Shown here piece after piece: positions 7,128 to 10,706 of a stretch of 10,706 nt of DNA. Each line of letters starts with the position of its first letter. Position 1 is the first letter of the stretch. A model generated the notes under the pieces. That model was not told the origin of the DNA. It was given only the letters and a program-made list of their open reading frames with translations, and did no database searches. The stretch covers positions 1 to 10,706 of the forward strand of contig JAGYLS010000061.1 in NCBI GenBank assembly GCA_018400815.1, read 5' to 3'. A program made the position numbers and the translations under genes. The stretch comes from Candidatus Oleincola secundus. Its GTDB lineage: Bacteria; Atribacterota; Phoenicimicrobiia; Phoenicimicrobiales; Stramentimicrobiaceae.

Positions 7128-8666
7128 ATGAATTATATTTTAGGAATTGATATAGGCACCCAGGGTATAAAAGGAGTCATTGTTAACGAGAAATTGGAGC
7201 CAATTGCAAGGGGTTATGTTGAACATCATTATTTGCAGCCACGCCCAAATTGGTACGAACATGATGCTGAGGAAATATGGTGGGGCGGATTTAAAAAAAT
7301 GGTGCAGGAATTATTGAGGCAGATTGATTTTGATACGAAAAATATAATTAGTGTCGGGTTTAGCGGTTTAGCGCCTTGTTTTCTACCTGTTGACAAAAAG
7401 GGGGAGCCTCTTCGAAACGCCATTCTTTATGGTATTGACACTCGTGCCAAAAAAGAAATTCAGCATATATATCAGGAGCTTGGTGAAGAACGAATTTTTC
7501 AGTTAAACAAACAATCGATTACCAGTCAGACAGTTGGCCCAAAGATGATCTGGTTTAAGAACAATGAGCCTGAGAACTTTAAGAAAATGGCAAAATTTTT
7601 TACCACCACTAACTATATAGCCTACAAGTTAACTGAAAAATATGTTATCGATCATTCCCAAGCATCTCAATTTGGTCCTTTTTATAATTTTGATAAACAT
7701 TCATGGGACAAAGAGATGTGTGATTTATTCGAGATTCCCTTTGATATTTTTCCGCCTATAAAGAATTCTACAGAGCAAGCAGGGACTGTTACCGCCCAGG
7801 CAGCGGCTGAAACGGGTTTAAAAGAAGGAACTCCCATTATGATAGGGACTGCTGATGGATTTGCTGAAGTTTTTAGTACAGGAGCTTTTGAGAAGGGTGA
7901 AATAACTTTAATTTATGGTACCACAGGTCTTATTATTATTAATACTGACAAATGTCCGGTTCTGAAAGAACTATGGATTGTTCCCCATCCTATTGATTTT
8001 ACTCAATATTTGGCTGTTGGCGGTACTGTCGCAACCGGAGCATTAACTAAATGGTTTCGCGATAATTTTGGTGAAGTAGAAAAGGTAATGCATGAGAGGA
8101 TAAAGACAAACGCTTATGATTTATTGATTAAGCAGGCTGAAGAGGTTGAGCCAGGTTCATCAGGATTAGTAGTTCTACCTTATTTTAGCGGAGAAAGAAC
8201 ACCAATAAATGATCCCCTGGCAAGAGGGATGATATTTGGATTAACGGTTTATCATAACCGGGCACACATCTATCGTTCTTTATTAGAGGCAGCAGCTTAC
8301 AGCTTTAATCATCATATTGAAGTTTTTAGAGAACATCAATTTGATATATCTAAAGTAATTGCTTGTGGGGGAGGTACAAAAAGTCGTTTGTGGACCCAGA
8401 TAGTAAGTGATGTAATAGGTTACAATCAGTTTGTGCCAGGCTCCCCTCTCGGATCTGAGATTGGTTCTGCATATATGTCAGCTTATTCTATAGGCCTGAT
8501 TAATAGTTTGGATGTATTAAAAGATATAATTGCTAAACAGGATACTAAAAAAATCCAATATAATAAAGATAATAATATGATTTATAAAAAATATTATCAC
8601 ATATACAGGCAGCTTTATTTAAATAACAAAGAAGCTATGCATGAAATTTCTAACTTGATGGAATAA
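7128..8666 (+). CDS. FGGY-family carbohydrate kinase (xylulokinase-like; substrate unknown), 512 aa
   Basis: ILGIDIGTQGIK, WYEHDAE, PLRNAILYGIDTRA, GTADG, IYGTT, LPYFSGERTPINDP.ARG, GGGTKS.LW.QI.SDV. ATG 7128 is preferred over TTG 7125 because SD-like AGGGGA lies at 7115-7120. Confidence 0.93.
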   Translation: MNYILGIDIGTQGIKGVIVNEKLEPIARGYVEHHYLQPRPNWYEHDAEEIWWGGFKKMVQELLRQIDFDTKNIISVGFSGLAPCFLPVDKKGEPLRNAILYGIDTRAKKEIQHIYQELGEERIFQLNKQSITSQTVGPKMIWFKNNEPENFKKMAKFFTTTNYIAYKLTEKYVIDHSQASQFGPFYNFDKHSWDKEMCDLFEIPFDIFPPIKNSTEQAGTVTAQAAAETGLKEGTPIMIGTADGFAEVFSTGAFEKGEITLIYGTTGLIIINTDKCPVLKELWIVPHPIDFTQYLAVGGTVATGALTKWFRDNFGEVEKVMHERIKTNAYDLLIKQAEEVEPGSSGLVVLPYFSGERTPINDPLARGMIFGLTVYHNRAHIYRSLLEAAAYSFNHHIEVFREHQFDISKVIACGGGTKSRLWTQIVSDVIGYNQFVPGSPLGSEIGSAYMSAYSIGLINSLDVLKDIIAKQDTKKIQYNKDNNMIYKKYYHIYRQLYLNNKEAMHEISNLME

Positions 8667-8842
8667 TTTTTATACTAAACAAGAATAATTATGATAAATA
8701 AAATAGTTTTACCATAAAGACGAAGATTTACTACCCGGAATATTTTTTGCATGATGTCATAGGGTAGAAGTACATTGCTTGGAGAGCAAAAATCGTTAAA
8801 AGGATGGATAAAAGATCAAGAGAAAAAGAGAATAAAAAAGGG

Positions 8843-9940
8843 CTAATTATTGAGATTTATTTTAACAATCCAACCGTCTTCATTTATGGAGTTATCTTGG
8901 GCAGGTGATGAGTTGCCAAACAAATAGAAGGTATTTTTGCTTTGAGCATGACTTCCCTGGAACACATCTTTATTTTCTCCACCAAAGGTTTTCTCCCATA
9001 ACAGCTCACCATTTTCATCAATCTTAACAACCCAACCATCTTGCCAGCCAGCTCCTTTTGCACTAGTATATCCGACAGCTATAAATTTATTTGCATCTGA
9101 TTTAATCGTTTTATTTAATGCATTAATACCTTTATTGGTCTTAAATTCTTTTTTCCATTCTATTTCCCCATTTCTGTCAGTTTTTAAAATCCAGGCTACA
9201 CTTTTACTGAGATTTGCTGTTTGTGAATTTCCAGAAACAAGAAAACCATCTTGCCCTAAATAAAGGATACTTGTTGCCTTATCCTGATATAAATAATCAT
9301 AGATTTTACTCCAAACAATATTTCCTTCTAAATCAGAAAAAGCAAACCATGCATTTCTCTTTCCGGATTGTCTGCCTTGGCTAAAGCCGGCTATGCCAAA
9401 ACCATCTTCTTCAACATTAACCATGGCTGAAATTGAACTATTTCCATCTAAATTAAATGATTTTTCCCATATAATATTAAGATTATAATCCATCATAGAC
9501 ATCCAGGCTTCACCTGTTTCGTTACAGCTTGAACAGTAAAGCCAGTTTTTTTCCCCGCCCACAATTATTTTTTCATTAGGTGCTGGAATGATGGTATTTC
9601 CCGAATTATAATTACTATTACCAATAATTTTCTCTTGAATTATTTCACCATTGTTATCTATTTTTAAAATCCAGATGGATTCCCATGCATCTCCGGAAAA
9701 GTAGGAGCCCGAATATCCTACTGTTACAAAATGACCATTTGTTAGGGATGCTAAATCCTGAATAATTTCGGTATCCTGACCCCCTAATTTTTTTTCCCAG
9801 AGGATATCAAGATTCGGACTATCATATGATATTTGGTATGCTAATAGGGAATTATTAAAAAATAGTATAGAGAACAAGATCATAAAAAATGATATTTTCA
9901 GTAACTTTAAAACTATTGTATTATATCTAAGGCAAGTCAT
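8843..9940 (-). CDS. Putative secreted repeat protein (~50-aa repeats, beta-propeller-like), 365 aa
   Basis: Basic then hydrophobic N-terminus ending ..SLLA|YQ (signal-peptide-like). About 6 repeats of the pattern WixKxDxxGxxxWEKxxGGxxxD. SD AAGGAG on the - strand at 9949-9954. Confidence 0.8.
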   Translation of the reverse strand: MTCLRYNTIVLKLLKISFFMILFSILFFNNSLLAYQISYDSPNLDILWEKKLGGQDTEIIQDLASLTNGHFVTVGYSGSYFSGDAWESIWILKIDNNGEIIQEKIIGNSNYNSGNTIIPAPNEKIIVGGEKNWLYCSSCNETGEAWMSMMDYNLNIIWEKSFNLDGNSSISAMVNVEEDGFGIAGFSQGRQSGKRNAWFAFSDLEGNIVWSKIYDYLYQDKATSILYLGQDGFLVSGNSQTANLSKSVAWILKTDRNGEIEWKKEFKTNKGINALNKTIKSDANKFIAVGYTSAKGAGWQDGWVVKIDENGELLWEKTFGGENKDVFQGSHAQSKNTFYLFGNSSPAQDNSINEDGWIVKINLNN

Positions 9941-9967
9941 TAAAAAATCTCCTTTTTATGACATTTA

Positions 9968-10706
9968 TTATTTCATTTTCACAATACTAATATCAATTTT
10001 TCCATGGCTATTATTGATTGTATCTCCGACAAGAAGAAGATGATTTGATTGTGTTGTAATAATCTTGCGGGGATGGCTGTTTGCACTTTCCAGAAATACT
10101 TTTTCCCATTTGATTTCAAGTTCATCATCCAGATGTGCTACCCAATAGTAGGAATAGCCTCCACTGGAACATTTTGGACAGTAACGTATTTTTTGACCGC
10201 AAAATACTATATTCTTGTTATTCAATACAACCAAAGATTCTGCAAATTCGCTGTCTCTCTCGCCATAGAATTTTTCCCATTGTAAATCACTATTATAATC
10301 TAACTTGACTAACCAGGCATCTTTTCCGCCCGCACCTTTTGAATAACTATAGCCAATTAAAAAATAATAATTTTTATCACTGATGATTTGGAACAACTCA
10401 TCATCCTGGCTTCCTCCCAGCACTTTTTCCCAGACTAGATTTCCTTCTGGGTCTAACTTGACTAACCAGGCATCTTTTCCGCCGGCACCCTTTGACCAGG
10501 TTGTGCCAAGAGCCAATAGATTATTATCACTATCAATGGTCAATGAATTAATTTTATCAACATCATCACCGCCATAGGTCTTATCCCAGATTAACTGGCC
10601 TGTTTGGTCTATCTCAAGAAACCAATAATCAGCAAAAACAATTCCATGCGACTCTGTCCATCCTGCAACAATAAGATGGTTGTTATTCTTTTGTAAGATT
10701 TTCTTT
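9968..10706 (-). CDS. Paralogous ~50-aa-repeat beta-propeller-like protein, 5' end outside the window
   Basis: The frame of ORF 9968..10543 stays open to the window edge (..KKILQKNNNHLIVAGWTESHGIVFADYWFLEIDQTGQLIWDKTYGGDDVDKINS-LTIDSD..). It has the same DAWLVKLDxxGxxxWEKxxGG repeats as its neighbour. Confidence 0.82.
   Translation of the reverse strand, partial: KKILQKNNNHLIVAGWTESHGIVFADYWFLEIDQTGQLIWDKTYGGDDVDKINSLTIDSDNNLLALGTTWSKGAGGKDAWLVKLDPEGNLVWEKVLGGSQDDELFQIISDKNYYFLIGYSYSKGAGGKDAWLVKLDYNSDLQWEKFYGERDSEFAESLVVLNNKNIVFCGQKIRYCPKCSSGGYSYYWVAHLDDELEIKWEKVFLESANSHPRKIITTQSNHLLLVGDTINNSHGKIDISIVKMK
10299..10495. repeat. Intragenic direct repeat, 44 bp x2, period 153 nt
   Basis: 10299-10342 and 10452-10495 match at 42 of 44 positions, including 32 consecutive identical bases (TCTAACTTGACTAACCAGGCATCTTTTCCGCC). 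Both copies encode SKGAGGKDAWLVKLD. Confidence 0.95.

Noticed and set aside
8667..8842. Bidirectional terminator between the convergent kinase and repeat-protein genes
   Set aside because: Only weak pairings were found (CTACCC 8731-8736 / GGGTAG 8762-8767 with a 25-nt loop; TTGCT/AGCAA 8775-8789), with no properly placed U-tract.
10299..10495. CRISPR array or diversity-generating retroelement TR/VR pair
   Set aside because: There are only two copies, in frame within a coding repeat at 153-nt period. The differences are silent and not adenine-specific, and no cas or reverse transcriptase gene is in the window.
2590..10577. Other short overlapping ORFs (2590..2787, 2938..3147, 4778..4963, 4894..5085, 5097..5372, 6196..6615, 6738..6971, 7229..7423, 10049..10285, 10383..10577)
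   Set aside because: All lie antisense or out of frame inside supported genes, with no independent evidence.

Overview
AT-rich (low-GC) bacterial DNA, probably from an anaerobe. The + strand carries a catabolic-looking cluster. It starts with the 3' end of a UroD/MtaA-CmuA-family gene, then a Moco-family riboswitch that lacks stem P3 (the tungsten-cofactor-associated 'Tuco' form) in front of an aldehyde:ferredoxin oxidoreductase (AOR). Next come a LarA-family nickel-pincer racemase/epimerase, a two-subunit aconitase X with non-canonical active-site motifs, a split UxaA/GarD-type dehydratase (SAF subunit plus catalytic subunit) and an FGGY sugar kinase. The larA and aconitase X large-subunit genes are broken by many small indels confined to about 2687-4592; this looks more like long-read consensus error than true decay. 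Two convergent - strand genes encode probably secreted paralogous proteins built from about 50-aa beta-propeller-like repeats. The best candidate for an undescribed system is the cluster itself: a putative W/Ni/Fe-dependent pathway that oxidises an aldehyde or aldose, epimerises the acid at C2, dehydrates it and phosphorylates an intermediate. All family calls come from motif recognition by eye, with no database searches.
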